Below are positions 36,820-46,192 of a DNA stretch of 64,000 nt, in pieces. The notes beneath the pieces were generated by a model. The model was not told where the DNA came from and made no database searches. It worked only from the letters and a program-made list of their open reading frames with translations. A program made the position numbers and the translations under genes. Within the stretch, counting starts at the first letter, position 1, and each line of letters starts with the position of its first letter. This DNA comes from an uncultured Candidatus Saccharibacteria bacterium (GTDB taxonomy: Bacteria; Patescibacteriota; Minisyncoccia; Minisyncoccales; PWPS01). The stretch spans positions 15,011-79,010 of the forward strand of contig CAZDOR010000003.1 of NCBI GenBank assembly GCA_964507105.1, read 5' to 3'.

Positions 36820-37835
36820 TTTAAGATTAAATTAATTTTTTGTTTACAATTTTTGCAAATTATTTTTTCACTGTGAATTTGTGTTCGGTATCCGTTTCTT
36901 TCGATGATTAACTCTCCGCAATTATGGCAATAGGTATTCATTTTATCGGTGACCGTATTTCCGGGGTATATATGATTTAGCCCCGCTTTTTTTCCAATTT
37001 TGTAAGCTTTTTCAATTGTTTTTTCGGGTGTATTCGGGTGATTCATATTTTTGGCAAGTTTGCTTGAAAATTTCAATATGTGCCAAGGAATATTTTTATT
37101 GATGTCGGCGATAAAAGTTGCTATCTGATTAAGTTCTTCTGAGCTGTCATTCAAGTTCGGAATTATCAGTGTTGTTATCTCCAACCAGCTTGTTCGATAT
37201 ATTTTTTTAATAGAATTCAAAACCGGCTGAATTCTTCCGTCGCATACGGTGCGATAAAAATTATCGGAAAAGCTTTTCAAATCAATATTTATTGCATCAA
37301 TATAAGGAGAGATTATTTTTAGTGATTGGTCGGAAAAATAACCATTCGTAACCCATATATTTTTTATTCCTTTTTTTTGGGCCACCTTCATCACATCAAG
37401 AGCGTATTCCAAAAATATAATCGGTTCTCCATAAGTATAGGATATCGATTTTACTTTCTTTTTCAAGGCCATCTCAATCATTTCTTCAGGATAAATAAAT
37501 TTTCCAGCCGTCTGTCCGTTATTTTTTTGAGATAATCGCCAATTTTGGCAATTTTTACATTTAAACGAGCAACCGGATGCAGAAAAGGAAAGCGTTTTTG
37601 TTCCCGGTAAAAAGTGATAAATCGGTTTTTTCTCTATAGGATCGATGTTGATTACCTCCACTTTTCCGTAGTTGTGAACCTTCAACTCCCCGTTTTTTAC
37701 CTGTCTCATTCCGCATTTTCCGAACTCTTTTTCTTGTAGGGTACATAATTGAGCGCAGTTGAGACATTTTATGCCCGACTTCGTATTTTTTTGAAGTAAA
37801 ACCTCTTTCATGGTTATAATTTTATCATATTTCAT
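36816..37835 (-). CDS. AmmeMemoRadiSam-type radical SAM enzyme (PFL-activase-like)
   Basis: CSFKCKNCQNW (CxxxCxxC), N-terminal CLNCAQLC..KCGMR, DPIEKKPIYHF, C-terminal CHNC...CKNC. 339 aa. Confidence 0.8.
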   Translation of the reverse strand: MKYDKIITMKEVLLQKNTKSGIKCLNCAQLCTLQEKEFGKCGMRQVKNGELKVHNYGKVEVINIDPIEKKPIYHFLPGTKTLSFSASGCSFKCKNCQNWRLSQKNNGQTAGKFIYPEEMIEMALKKKVKSISYTYGEPIIFLEYALDVMKVAQKKGIKNIWVTNGYFSDQSLKIISPYIDAINIDLKSFSDNFYRTVCDGRIQPVLNSIKKIYRTSWLEITTLIIPNLNDSSEELNQIATFIADINKNIPWHILKFSSKLAKNMNHPNTPEKTIEKAYKIGKKAGLNHIYPGNTVTDKMNTYCHNCGELIIERNGYRTQIHSEKIICKNCKQKINLILK

Positions 37836-37860
37836 AAAAAATTAAATTTTGTGCAGCTTG

Positions 37861-37889
37861 TTGAAAATAAAAAATAAATAATACATAAT
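37861..37889 (+). promoter_or_regulatory. sigma70 promoter abutting the thpR start codon
   Basis: TTGAAA-17 nt-CATAAT. The -10 ends 6 nt before the ATG at 37896. Confidence 0.55.
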
Positions 37890-37895
37890 GAGGTA

Positions 37896-38462
37896 ATGAA
37901 AAGAATTTTTATTGCAATTAACTTGCCGAAAAAAATAAAAAAAGAACTCGTTAAAAAACGAGAAGAAATCAGGGCTAACTTCGAAACCGATCCAATTAAT
38001 TGGGTTGCTGAAGAAAACCTGCACATAACTTTGGCTTTTTTGGGGTCGATAAAAGGGCTCATGCTGAAAGAGATAGAGAGAGAATTGCAAAAGATAGAGT
38101 TATCAAGCTTTCAATTTAATCTGGATAATGTTGAATATATTCCGAGCAGGAAAGAGGCAAAAATGATCTGGTCTACAGGCTCGGGAAAAAAAATAAATAA
38201 ATTAAAAGAGACTGTTGACGGGCTTTTAAGATCTATCGAGCGATTAAAATACAGTCCGAATTCACGCTCCTTCAGGCCGCATGTAACCTTGGGACGAGTG
38301 AGAAGTTTTCAATTTAAAAAACAGCCACTCGAAGAGATTCCGCTTTTGGAAGATGAATTTGTTGATTTGGTTTTTAATATAGAATCGGTGGACATAATGG
38401 AAAGCAAGCTAAAGTCATCCGGGGCAGAATATAAAAAAATAAAAATTATAAAATTAAATTAA
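37896..38462 (+). CDS. thpR: RNA 2',3'-cyclic phosphodiesterase (2H phosphoesterase, ThpR/LigT)
   Basis: Two HxT motifs (LHITLAFLG and PHVTLGRV). 188 aa. Confidence 0.8.
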   Translation: MKRIFIAINLPKKIKKELVKKREEIRANFETDPINWVAEENLHITLAFLGSIKGLMLKEIERELQKIELSSFQFNLDNVEYIPSRKEAKMIWSTGSGKKINKLKETVDGLLRSIERLKYSPNSRSFRPHVTLGRVRSFQFKKQPLEEIPLLEDEFVDLVFNIESVDIMESKLKSSGAEYKKIKIIKLN

Positions 38463-38464
38463 GG

Positions 38465-39772
38465 ATGAAAATTCATTTTGTCGGGGTGGGGGGGATCGGT
38501 ACTTCCGCTTTGGCTCGACATTTTAAATTAAACGATCACCGAGTTACGGGGTCGGACATATCCGAAAGTGAAATTATTTCCGACTTGCGTGAAATGGGTA
38601 TTGAAGTAACCATCGGACATGAAAAGAAAAATGTAGATAAAGTGGTTGATAAGGTAATTTATTCTCCGGCCGTTCCTTGTGATAATCCCGAACTTCGTGA
38701 GGCTAAGCGATTAAACATAAAAACCAAAAATTATCCGGAGGCACTGGGTGAGTTAACCGAAAAATATTTTACGATCGGGATTTCCGGGACACATGGAAAA
38801 TCAACTACGACTTCGATGGCTGCTTTGGTAATGCAGGAAGCAGGATTAGATCCAACGGTAATCGTAGGGACTAAACTCGATCAATTTAAAAATTCTAATT
38901 ACAGAAAAGGCGATTCGAAATATTTGTTAATAGAAGCTGATGAATGGCAGGGTTCGCTTTTAAATTATTCAACCGATATAGCCGTGCTTACCAATCTGGA
39001 GATTGAACATTTGGATTATTACGAGGACCTGGACCATTTAATAAAAACTTTTCAAAAGTACCTGGAAAGCATAGGAGAAAAGGGAAAAATTGTGGTTAAC
39101 TCTAAAGATCCGAATTTAAAGAAATTAAGCTTTTACGGTGATATGTTTTATTTTTCGGATTCGGATTCGGAGGCGAAAAAAGTTAAAAAGTATTTAAAGG
39201 TTCCCGGAAAACATAATCTTGAGAATGCAATGTCAGTTTATAGATTATGCCGAGTTTTGGGAGTTGATGAAGTTGATATTTTGAACGGCATTTCCAAATA
39301 TCGAGGTTCGTGGCGCCGTTTTCAAGAAAAAACAATATCAGTATTCAATAAAAAACAAAAAATACTTTTGGATTATGCGCACCACCCTACGGAGCTACAT
39401 GCAACTCTCCAAGCTATAGAGGAGAAGTATTTCGATAAAAAAGTTTTGGCTGTTTATCAACCGCACCAATATCAAAGAAGTCTTTACTTGAAAAAGGATT
39501 TTGTAGAGCTTTTCCGGAATGTTTCGGTTGATCTTTTAATTACCGATATTTATAGTGTTCCCGGGAGAGAAAAAGACGCAATAAAAGAAAAAATTAATTC
39601 CCGGAACATGGTTGAAGAAGCGGGAAATGAAAATGTAAAATATATTTCTGGAAGCCTGAAAGAGATTGCTGAAAAATTAGGCAAAAATTTATTGGATTAT
39701 GACTTGATAGCTATAATCGGTGCTGGAAACATCTATAAATTGGAAAAATATCTTAAAAAAATAAATACATAA
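38465..39772 (+). CDS. murC: UDP-N-acetylmuramate--L-alanine ligase
   Basis: IHFVGVGGIGTSALA, GISGTHGKSTTT, DYAHHP. 435 aa. Confidence 0.9.
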   Translation: MKIHFVGVGGIGTSALARHFKLNDHRVTGSDISESEIISDLREMGIEVTIGHEKKNVDKVVDKVIYSPAVPCDNPELREAKRLNIKTKNYPEALGELTEKYFTIGISGTHGKSTTTSMAALVMQEAGLDPTVIVGTKLDQFKNSNYRKGDSKYLLIEADEWQGSLLNYSTDIAVLTNLEIEHLDYYEDLDHLIKTFQKYLESIGEKGKIVVNSKDPNLKKLSFYGDMFYFSDSDSEAKKVKKYLKVPGKHNLENAMSVYRLCRVLGVDEVDILNGISKYRGSWRRFQEKTISVFNKKQKILLDYAHHPTELHATLQAIEEKYFDKKVLAVYQPHQYQRSLYLKKDFVELFRNVSVDLLITDIYSVPGREKDAIKEKINSRNMVEEAGNENVKYISGSLKEIAEKLGKNLLDYDLIAIIGAGNIYKLEKYLKKINT

Positions 39773-39919
39773 TTATGAATTTTTTCAGAATTTTAATAAT
39801 AGTGTTATTTGCAGTCGTTTGGTTTGTAATTAAAAAAGACACTGCTTAGCGTGAAAAAAAGAAAGAAAAAAAGTTGAAAAAAAATAAAGATTGAAATTAA
39901 AGCCTTCCTTATATTATAG

Positions 39920-40921
39920 ATGAATAATTTTGGTTCTATACTTAAAAAAGAACTAAAAGACCTAAAAAAAGAATTGGACCCTTTCATTTATAGGGCCTTA
40001 AAAAAGCACGGAGATGAATTGTTTCATGATCTGAATATTTATCAGCTAAAAACCGGTGGTAAGCGATTACGCCCGTTTATATTACTCTCTATTTATGAAC
40101 TTTTAGGCGGAGAAGAAAAACCACTGAATGAAGCTGCAGCAATAGAAATTTTTCATAATTACAGTTTGCTTTTGGATGACATTATTGACAAGGGAACGAT
40201 AAGAAGAGGGGAGGCAACCATGTGGCGCAAGTTCGGCTTATCAGCAACATTATGCTCAAGCTCTTTTTATTTTTCGACGATCACCGACCTGTTAAAATAC
40301 AGTTCCAAAGAGGCGGTTGATCTTTTTGTAAAAGAAACCAAACAGGTAATGGAGGGAGAGTTTATTGACGTTTTGCAAGAAAGGGCTTCTTCGAATAAAG
40401 AGGCCCCGGATGACTTAATAGAGAGCTACGGAAAAGTTGATTATGACGGCTATTTAAAAATGATAAAGAAGAAAACTGCCGCACTCTTTAGGGCCTCCTG
40501 CGGGATGGGGGCCGTTTTAGCGGGGCGAAAAAAAGATTTACCAATTAAGTTTGGTAATTTTTTGGGTATAAGTTATCAGCTCAGAGATGATATATTGGAT
40601 ATTTTTGGAAATCCCGATACCTTCGGTAAAGAAAAAGGAAAAGATATAAAGGAGAAAAAGGGGGGAAATATAGTATTAATTTATGCAATTGAGGAAAACC
40701 CCGAAATAAAATATTTTTTTAGTAAAAACAATCATATCGGGGACAAGGAAGTTGATGAAATAATAAGTGCAATTAAAAAAACGAAAGCAAAAAGAAGAAC
40801 ACAAGATCTGATAGGGGAATATACTCAAAAAGCATTAAAAATACTTGACAGGTTGCCGGCCGAAAAAAGCAAGAAAAAAATGGAAAATTTAGTTAGATAT
40901 TTTCAAATGAGAAGAAAATAA
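39920..40921 (+). CDS. polyprenyl diphosphate synthase (trans-IPPS, GGPP/FPP synthase-like)
   Basis: First and second Asp-rich motifs LLLDDIID and QLRDDILD, plus GKRLRP near the N-terminus. Confidence 0.85.
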   Translation: MNNFGSILKKELKDLKKELDPFIYRALKKHGDELFHDLNIYQLKTGGKRLRPFILLSIYELLGGEEKPLNEAAAIEIFHNYSLLLDDIIDKGTIRRGEATMWRKFGLSATLCSSSFYFSTITDLLKYSSKEAVDLFVKETKQVMEGEFIDVLQERASSNKEAPDDLIESYGKVDYDGYLKMIKKKTAALFRASCGMGAVLAGRKKDLPIKFGNFLGISYQLRDDILDIFGNPDTFGKEKGKDIKEKKGGNIVLIYAIEENPEIKYFFSKNNHIGDKEVDEIISAIKKTKAKRRTQDLIGEYTQKALKILDRLPAEKSKKKMENLVRYFQMRRK

Positions 40922-41034
40922 AAATATTGGGTTAAAATTGAAATATTTAATAATAGCTTTAAATCGTTTTACAGATTTGAATGTTTGTCCCTATATGTTA
41001 TCCTTATTTTAGTAAAAAAATAAACAGGAATATT

Positions 41035-42327
41035 ATGCAAATAAAAGCAGAAGACCAAGAAGGGTCAAAAAAAGAAATTGAGATTGAGCTTTCAGTGGAG
41101 GAAATGGAAAAATATCAAGATGAAGCGGCTGACCAACTATCCGAAGAAATGGATATTGAGGGTTTTAGGAAAGGAAAAGCCCCCCGAGAAGTGGTTAAAA
41201 ATTCTTTTGGGGAAGAAAAATTTTGGGAAGCGGTGGTTCAGATTGCGGTTGAGAACACCTATCGGGAAGCAATTGAGGAAAAAAATATTTTTCCCATTTC
41301 CCAACCTCAGGTAGAGTTTCTTCAGTCAGCTCCGGGGAATCCCCTGATATATAAGGCTTCATTTTATGTAATGCCCGATGTTGAGTTGCCCGACTATAAG
41401 AAAATATCTTCTTCGGTTGTAGAAAGTGAAGAGGATAATGATGTGGAGGTGTCGGAAAAGGAAGTGGAAGATACTATTGAAAGAATTCGAGAGAGCAGAG
41501 CCAGCTCACGAGCTGTGGAGAGGGGAGCTGAGGAAGGAGACCGTGTTACCGTTAATTTTTCTGGAAAAATTGACGGAGAAAAAAGAATAGAAGAAGAAGA
41601 CTTTGAATTTTCTTTGGGTAGTGGTCAATTTTCTACTTTAGAAGGTTTTGAAGATGAAGTTTTAGGAATGAAAGCGGGAGACAAGAAAGATTTTACCATC
41701 GATATTCCGGAAAATAGTAGTAACGATGAGTTAGCGGGGAGGGAAATAGATTTTGATTTGGAAGTGAAGACCGTTATGGAAAAAGAGCTTCCTAATCTGA
41801 ATGATGAATTTGCCAACTCTCTTCACGAAAACGTTTCCGACCTTGATGAGCTTAAGAAAAAAATAAAAGAAGGAATTAGGTCGGAAAAGAAAACTAAAGA
41901 AGAGGAATCTTTAAAAATGAAAGTGGTCCAGGAATTAATTGAAAATACAGAGTTGGATATCCCGGAAATTCTTGTTGAACGAGAATTAAAAAACATGAAG
42001 AACAAGCTTGAGCGACAAATCCAACAAAACGGAGTTACTTTTGAAGATTACCTGAATAACATTGATAAATCGGAAGAAGAGCTATTAAAAGAATGGCGCC
42101 CGAGAGCCGAAGATAATGTTGCAGCTGCAATCATATTACATAAGATAGCTGAAAAGGAGAATATTCAGGTTGAGGAAGATGAAATTGAGGACGAGATTGA
42201 AAAACACTTCAGTGTCAGCGGAAAAAGCAAAGAAGAAGTAGATGAGAAAAATATTGAAAGGTTAAAATCCCACATTCGAGATATGAAAAAGAATGAATTA
42301 ATTTTTGATTTTTTGATGGATAAATAA
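41035..42327 (+). CDS. tig: trigger factor
   Basis: EGFRKGKAPREVV matches the GFRxGxxP ribosome-binding signature. FKBP-like middle region and helical C-terminal arms. The start was chosen at MQIKAEDQ; the track ORF begins at 40981. Confidence 0.85.
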   Translation: MQIKAEDQEGSKKEIEIELSVEEMEKYQDEAADQLSEEMDIEGFRKGKAPREVVKNSFGEEKFWEAVVQIAVENTYREAIEEKNIFPISQPQVEFLQSAPGNPLIYKASFYVMPDVELPDYKKISSSVVESEEDNDVEVSEKEVEDTIERIRESRASSRAVERGAEEGDRVTVNFSGKIDGEKRIEEEDFEFSLGSGQFSTLEGFEDEVLGMKAGDKKDFTIDIPENSSNDELAGREIDFDLEVKTVMEKELPNLNDEFANSLHENVSDLDELKKKIKEGIRSEKKTKEEESLKMKVVQELIENTELDIPEILVERELKNMKNKLERQIQQNGVTFEDYLNNIDKSEEELLKEWRPRAEDNVAAAIILHKIAEKENIQVEEDEIEDEIEKHFSVSGKSKEEVDEKNIERLKSHIRDMKKNELIFDFLMDK

Positions 42328-42349
42328 TTTAATTAAAAATTTATTTACA

Positions 42350-42377
42350 AAGCTCCTCTTCCATGGGGAGTTTTTTG
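42350..42377 (+). terminator. rho-independent terminator after tig
   Basis: CTCCTC / TTCCAT loop / GGGGAG (one G:U), followed by T6. Confidence 0.7.
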
Positions 42378-42403
42378 TAATTTATGCTTGATTTTAGTAT
42401 AAT
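42375..42403 (+). promoter_or_regulatory. sigma70 promoter of the response regulator/cell-wall operon
   Basis: TTGTAA-17 nt-TATAAT just after the tig terminator, 29 nt before the ATG at 42433. Confidence 0.55.
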
Positions 42404-42432
42404 TCAATTAAATTAAGTTAACTTGAAAGAAC

Positions 42433-42801
42433 ATGCCCAAGATATTAATAGTGGAAGACGAAAAAACACTTGCCGAAATGTATAGTGATTATTTTGAAAA
42501 AAAGGGATATGAGGTCGTTTGTGCCGGTAATGTTTCACTGTCGCTGGAAGCTGTTAAAGAAGAGTCTCCGGATATAATTTTACTTGATATTTTACTTCCC
42601 GGCAGATCAGGAATTGAGTTTTTATCTGAACTTCGAGACTTAGAAGATCAAGAAGGGTCGGAAATTCCAATAATTGCTTTTTCAAATTATGATGATTCCG
42701 AAACCAGGGAAAAGGCATTCAAGTTCGGGGTTAAGGACTACATAATAAAAACGAACAGTACCCCGAGTAAAATATTGGAAATAGTTGAAAATTATATATA
42801 A
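42433..42801 (+). CDS. stand-alone response regulator receiver domain (CheY-like)
   Basis: ILIVEDE, acceptor Asp in IILLDILLPG, SNYDD, K in the KDYIIKT region. 122 aa with no output domain. Confidence 0.8.
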   Translation: MPKILIVEDEKTLAEMYSDYFEKKGYEVVCAGNVSLSLEAVKEESPDIILLDILLPGRSGIEFLSELRDLEDQEGSEIPIIAFSNYDDSETREKAFKFGVKDYIIKTNSTPSKILEIVENYI

Positions 42802-43804
42802 TTCCAACATCAACAGTTTGATAGTGAGCAAGTTAAATAAAAAAATATTTTTGGTAGTTATTTTCTTAATAGCTTTTATTGGGTTTGCTTATTTGAATTT
42901 AGAATCCGATCCCAAAGCGGACTCCACGGATACGAATTATGATGAGAGGAAGGAAGTAATCAATATAGATAAAGTTGAAAAAAAACGCCAACTCGAAAGA
43001 GATATAAACGATCCTCCAAAAATGGATGCTTCTGCCGTATATTCTTTTTATTATGAGGAGGGGGAAAAAGAGATTTTGTTTAGTCTGAATCGACATGAAA
43101 AATTACCGATTGCCAGCATTACCAAGCTGGTAACCGGATTAATCGTGTATGAAGATTATAGCCTGAATGAACCTGTAGGAGTTGCTGACTCGGATTATCT
43201 TGATCAGGATAATTTTAGTGACCTCAGAATTTTTAGAGACACCCCATACAGAGAGCTTCTTTACCAACTTCTTTTGGAATCAAACAACAGTAGTGCTTAT
43301 GCCGCTGCAGTTACGCCCGAGGATATTGAGTTTGATGATTTTGTAAATATGATGAATGAAAGAGTGAATGAATTGGGAATGAGTCGAACATTTTTTTACA
43401 ATCCGAGTGGGTTGGATAATTTAAAAGGAGTTAATTATTCTACAGCAAGAGATTTGGGTGTTTTGACTGTTGAGTTGTTGGATTATCCGAAGTTTTGGGA
43501 AATTTTACAGAAAACGGAATATGAGATTCACTCAAATAAATCGGACCTTCATTACAAAGTAGAGACTACTAATAAATTTTTAGATGAATCGTATTTTTTT
43601 AAAAGTGAACTTCCAAAATGGCATGATGATATTTTGGGAGGAAAAACCGGATTCACTCACCAAGCAATGGGGTGTTTAGTGATGGTTTTGGAAGTTGAAG
43701 ATGGGTATTTAGTAAATATTATATTAGGTGCTGAGGGAAGGATCGAGCGGTTCGAAGAAATGGAAAAACTGATTGATTGGGCTTATAGGTCTTATAACTT
43801 TTAA
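42785..43804 (+). CDS. serine-type D-Ala-D-Ala carboxypeptidase (PBP5/S11-like)
   Basis: N-terminal TM helix. SITK (SxxK), ESNNSS (SxN), GGKTGFT (KTG). Confidence 0.75.
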   Translation: MKIIYNSNINSLIVSKLNKKIFLVVIFLIAFIGFAYLNLESDPKADSTDTNYDERKEVINIDKVEKKRQLERDINDPPKMDASAVYSFYYEEGEKEILFSLNRHEKLPIASITKLVTGLIVYEDYSLNEPVGVADSDYLDQDNFSDLRIFRDTPYRELLYQLLLESNNSSAYAAAVTPEDIEFDDFVNMMNERVNELGMSRTFFYNPSGLDNLKGVNYSTARDLGVLTVELLDYPKFWEILQKTEYEIHSNKSDLHYKVETTNKFLDESYFFKSELPKWHDDILGGKTGFTHQAMGCLVMVLEVEDGYLVNIILGAEGRIERFEEMEKLIDWAYRSYNF

Positions 43805-43815
43805 TTTTATATAAA

Positions 43816-44916
43816 ATGGACCCGGCTGTGGTAAATATTACAAAAGTTTTTGTTTTAGGAGTTATATCCTTTGTGGTTACATTATTTTTTACTCCGGCTT
43901 TTACACATTTTATTTATAAGTATGAGCTCTGGAAAAACAAAGTTCGCCAAAAAGGTATAGATGGAAAGCAGTTAAAAGTATTTACGGAACATCATTCGGA
44001 AAAGGAAACCAGTGTTCCCAGAGTAGGGGGAATTTTGGTTTGGTCGATACCTCTTTTGCTTATATTTTTCTTTTATTTTTTAACGTTTTTTTCTGATAGT
44101 TTTTGGGTAGAAAAACTTGATTTTTTAAGTAGAGATCAAACGTGGCTCCCACTTTTTACTTTGGTTACGGCCTCGATAATTGGTTTAACGGATGACATTT
44201 TACAAATAGTAAAAAAACCGGAAAGCGGGCTTTTGAAATTTATTTTTAGACACCTGAAAAGGTATGTCGGAGGAGGACTTTCTTTGAAGTATAGAATATT
44301 TTTGGTGACTTTGATCGGGTTGATAGGGGGTTGGTGGTTTTATTTTAGACTGGGAAGGGAAGGTATATTTGTTCCAATGTTCGGTCAGTTTTATTTAGGT
44401 ATATTTTTTATTCCTTTTTTCATTATAGTTATGCTTGCCACTTATAGTGGAAGCGTAATTGACGGCTTGGACGGACTTTCGGGGGGAGCTTTCGCCGCTA
44501 TTTTTACAGCTTTTACAATAATTGCAATCGAGTCGGGGATGATAAATTTGGCTGCCTTTTGTTTAGTTTTAGTCGGCAGCACACTTGCATTTTTATGGCA
44601 TAACATACCACCGGCTAAATTCTACATGGGAGAAACCGGAATATTGGGATTAACGACTACCTTGACTGTTATTGCTTTTTTAACAGATTCAGTTCTTGTT
44701 TTGCCGATCATCGGTATTTTATTGGTTATTGAGTCCGGGTCGGTAATTTTGCAACTGTTATCCAAAAAGATAAGAGGAAAAAAAATCTTTTTGGCTGCCC
44801 CTATCCATCATCATTTTGAAGGAAAAGGATGGCCCTCCTATAAAGTAACGATGCGGTTTTGGATTATCGGTGTTTTTGCGGCTATTATCGGGGTTGTGAT
44901 TAGATTAATGGGCTAA
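43816..44916 (+). CDS. mraY: phospho-N-acetylmuramoyl-pentapeptide transferase
   Basis: Polytopic protein. GLTDDIL, VIDGLDGLSGG, PIHHHFE motifs. 366 aa. Confidence 0.9.
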   Translation: MDPAVVNITKVFVLGVISFVVTLFFTPAFTHFIYKYELWKNKVRQKGIDGKQLKVFTEHHSEKETSVPRVGGILVWSIPLLLIFFFYFLTFFSDSFWVEKLDFLSRDQTWLPLFTLVTASIIGLTDDILQIVKKPESGLLKFIFRHLKRYVGGGLSLKYRIFLVTLIGLIGGWWFYFRLGREGIFVPMFGQFYLGIFFIPFFIIVMLATYSGSVIDGLDGLSGGAFAAIFTAFTIIAIESGMINLAAFCLVLVGSTLAFLWHNIPPAKFYMGETGILGLTTTLTVIAFLTDSVLVLPIIGILLVIESGSVILQLLSKKIRGKKIFLAAPIHHHFEGKGWPSYKVTMRFWIIGVFAAIIGVVIRLMG

Positions 44917-44941
44917 ACTTTAATTGTTTTATTTAGATAAA

Positions 44942-46192
44942 ATGAGTAAAATAATTAATCAATTAAAAAAAGGGTCGATACTGTTGCTCGGTTTTGGTGC
45001 AGAAGGACGAGACACACTTGATTTTCTTAAATCAAGATTTCCAAACAAAAAAATTGGGGTTGCGGACAAAAAGCAAAAGGATATAGACCGGGCTGGAGTG
45101 AGGGCTCATTTTGGTGATGATTATATTTCTTCGATTAAAGAGTATGATGTGATAATCAAGTCTCCCGGGGTTCCATTTAGTTTAATTAAAAATAAAATAA
45201 AAAATAAAATAATTACCAGTCAAACTGATATATTTTTATCAAAAAGATCTTTTGACACAATAGGGGTAACCGGGACAAAAGGAAAGTCCACGACTTGTCT
45301 TTGCATATATAATATTTTAAAGAAACAGCTCGATAAAGACGTATATCTATTAGGGAACATAGGGGAGCCGGTTTTGGATTATATAAATAAAGAGGGACTT
45401 TTTATTTATGAATTATCCAGTTTTCAATTACAAACCACCACTGTAAGCCCTCGCGTAGCGATATTTCTAAATCTTTTCAAGGATCATCTTGATCAACACG
45501 CCAGTTTTAGAGAGTATATCAATTCAAAAGTAAATATTTTTAAATATCAATCGGAATCCGATATATTAATATATAATGAAGATGATCTCCGGGTGTCTGA
45601 ATTGGTAAGTAAAACTGAATCAAAAAAAATACCATTTAGTTCCGAATTAAAAATATCGGGAACTCCGGTTTACTTGGAACCGATTTTGGAGGCAGCTAAG
45701 CTATTTAACGTAAAAAAAAGAATTGCTCAAGATTGTATTGATGATGTTGATTTTCTTCCTCACAGAATGGAAGATTGCGGTACCTACGAAGGAGTCAAAT
45801 TTATAAACGATTCCGCAGCAACTATTCCCGAAGCCGTAGTCGAGGCCATTGATAGTTTAGATGGTCTTAAGACACTTATTGCGGGTGGAGTAGATAAAGG
45901 TGGCGATTACCGTAAGTTAGCAAAGAAGATTGCTAAAAGTAATGTTGAGACACTTATCTTATTTCCCGATACCGGAGAGAAAATTAAAAAAGATTTAAGG
46001 AAAATTACCGATGATTTACCGGAAATAATTGATTCCGAAAGTATGAATCATGCGGTGAGAGCAGCTTATAAAAAAACGGATAACGGAACCTGTCTTATGT
46101 CTCCCGCATCTTCAAGTTTTAATATGTTTTCCAGCTACAAGCACAGAGGAAATGAATTCAGAAAATATGTTAAAAAATATGGGAAAGAATAG
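44942..46192 (+). CDS. murD: UDP-N-acetylmuramoylalanine--D-glutamate ligase
   Basis: GVTGTKGKSTT P-loop, NDSAAT and SPASSSFNMF motifs. ATG 44942 is preferred over the TTG at 44924. Confidence 0.85.
   Translation: MSKIINQLKKGSILLLGFGAEGRDTLDFLKSRFPNKKIGVADKKQKDIDRAGVRAHFGDDYISSIKEYDVIIKSPGVPFSLIKNKIKNKIITSQTDIFLSKRSFDTIGVTGTKGKSTTCLCIYNILKKQLDKDVYLLGNIGEPVLDYINKEGLFIYELSSFQLQTTTVSPRVAIFLNLFKDHLDQHASFREYINSKVNIFKYQSESDILIYNEDDLRVSELVSKTESKKIPFSSELKISGTPVYLEPILEAAKLFNVKKRIAQDCIDDVDFLPHRMEDCGTYEGVKFINDSAATIPEAVVEAIDSLDGLKTLIAGGVDKGGDYRKLAKKIAKSNVETLILFPDTGEKIKKDLRKITDDLPEIIDSESMNHAVRAAYKKTDNGTCLMSPASSSFNMFSSYKHRGNEFRKYVKKYGKE

Noticed and set aside
39805-39987. 60-aa minus-strand ORF in the murC-polyprenyl synthase spacer
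   Set aside because: Its translation is low-complexity Phe/Ser/Leu. It overlaps the start of the well-supported polyprenyl synthase gene and its candidate promoter.
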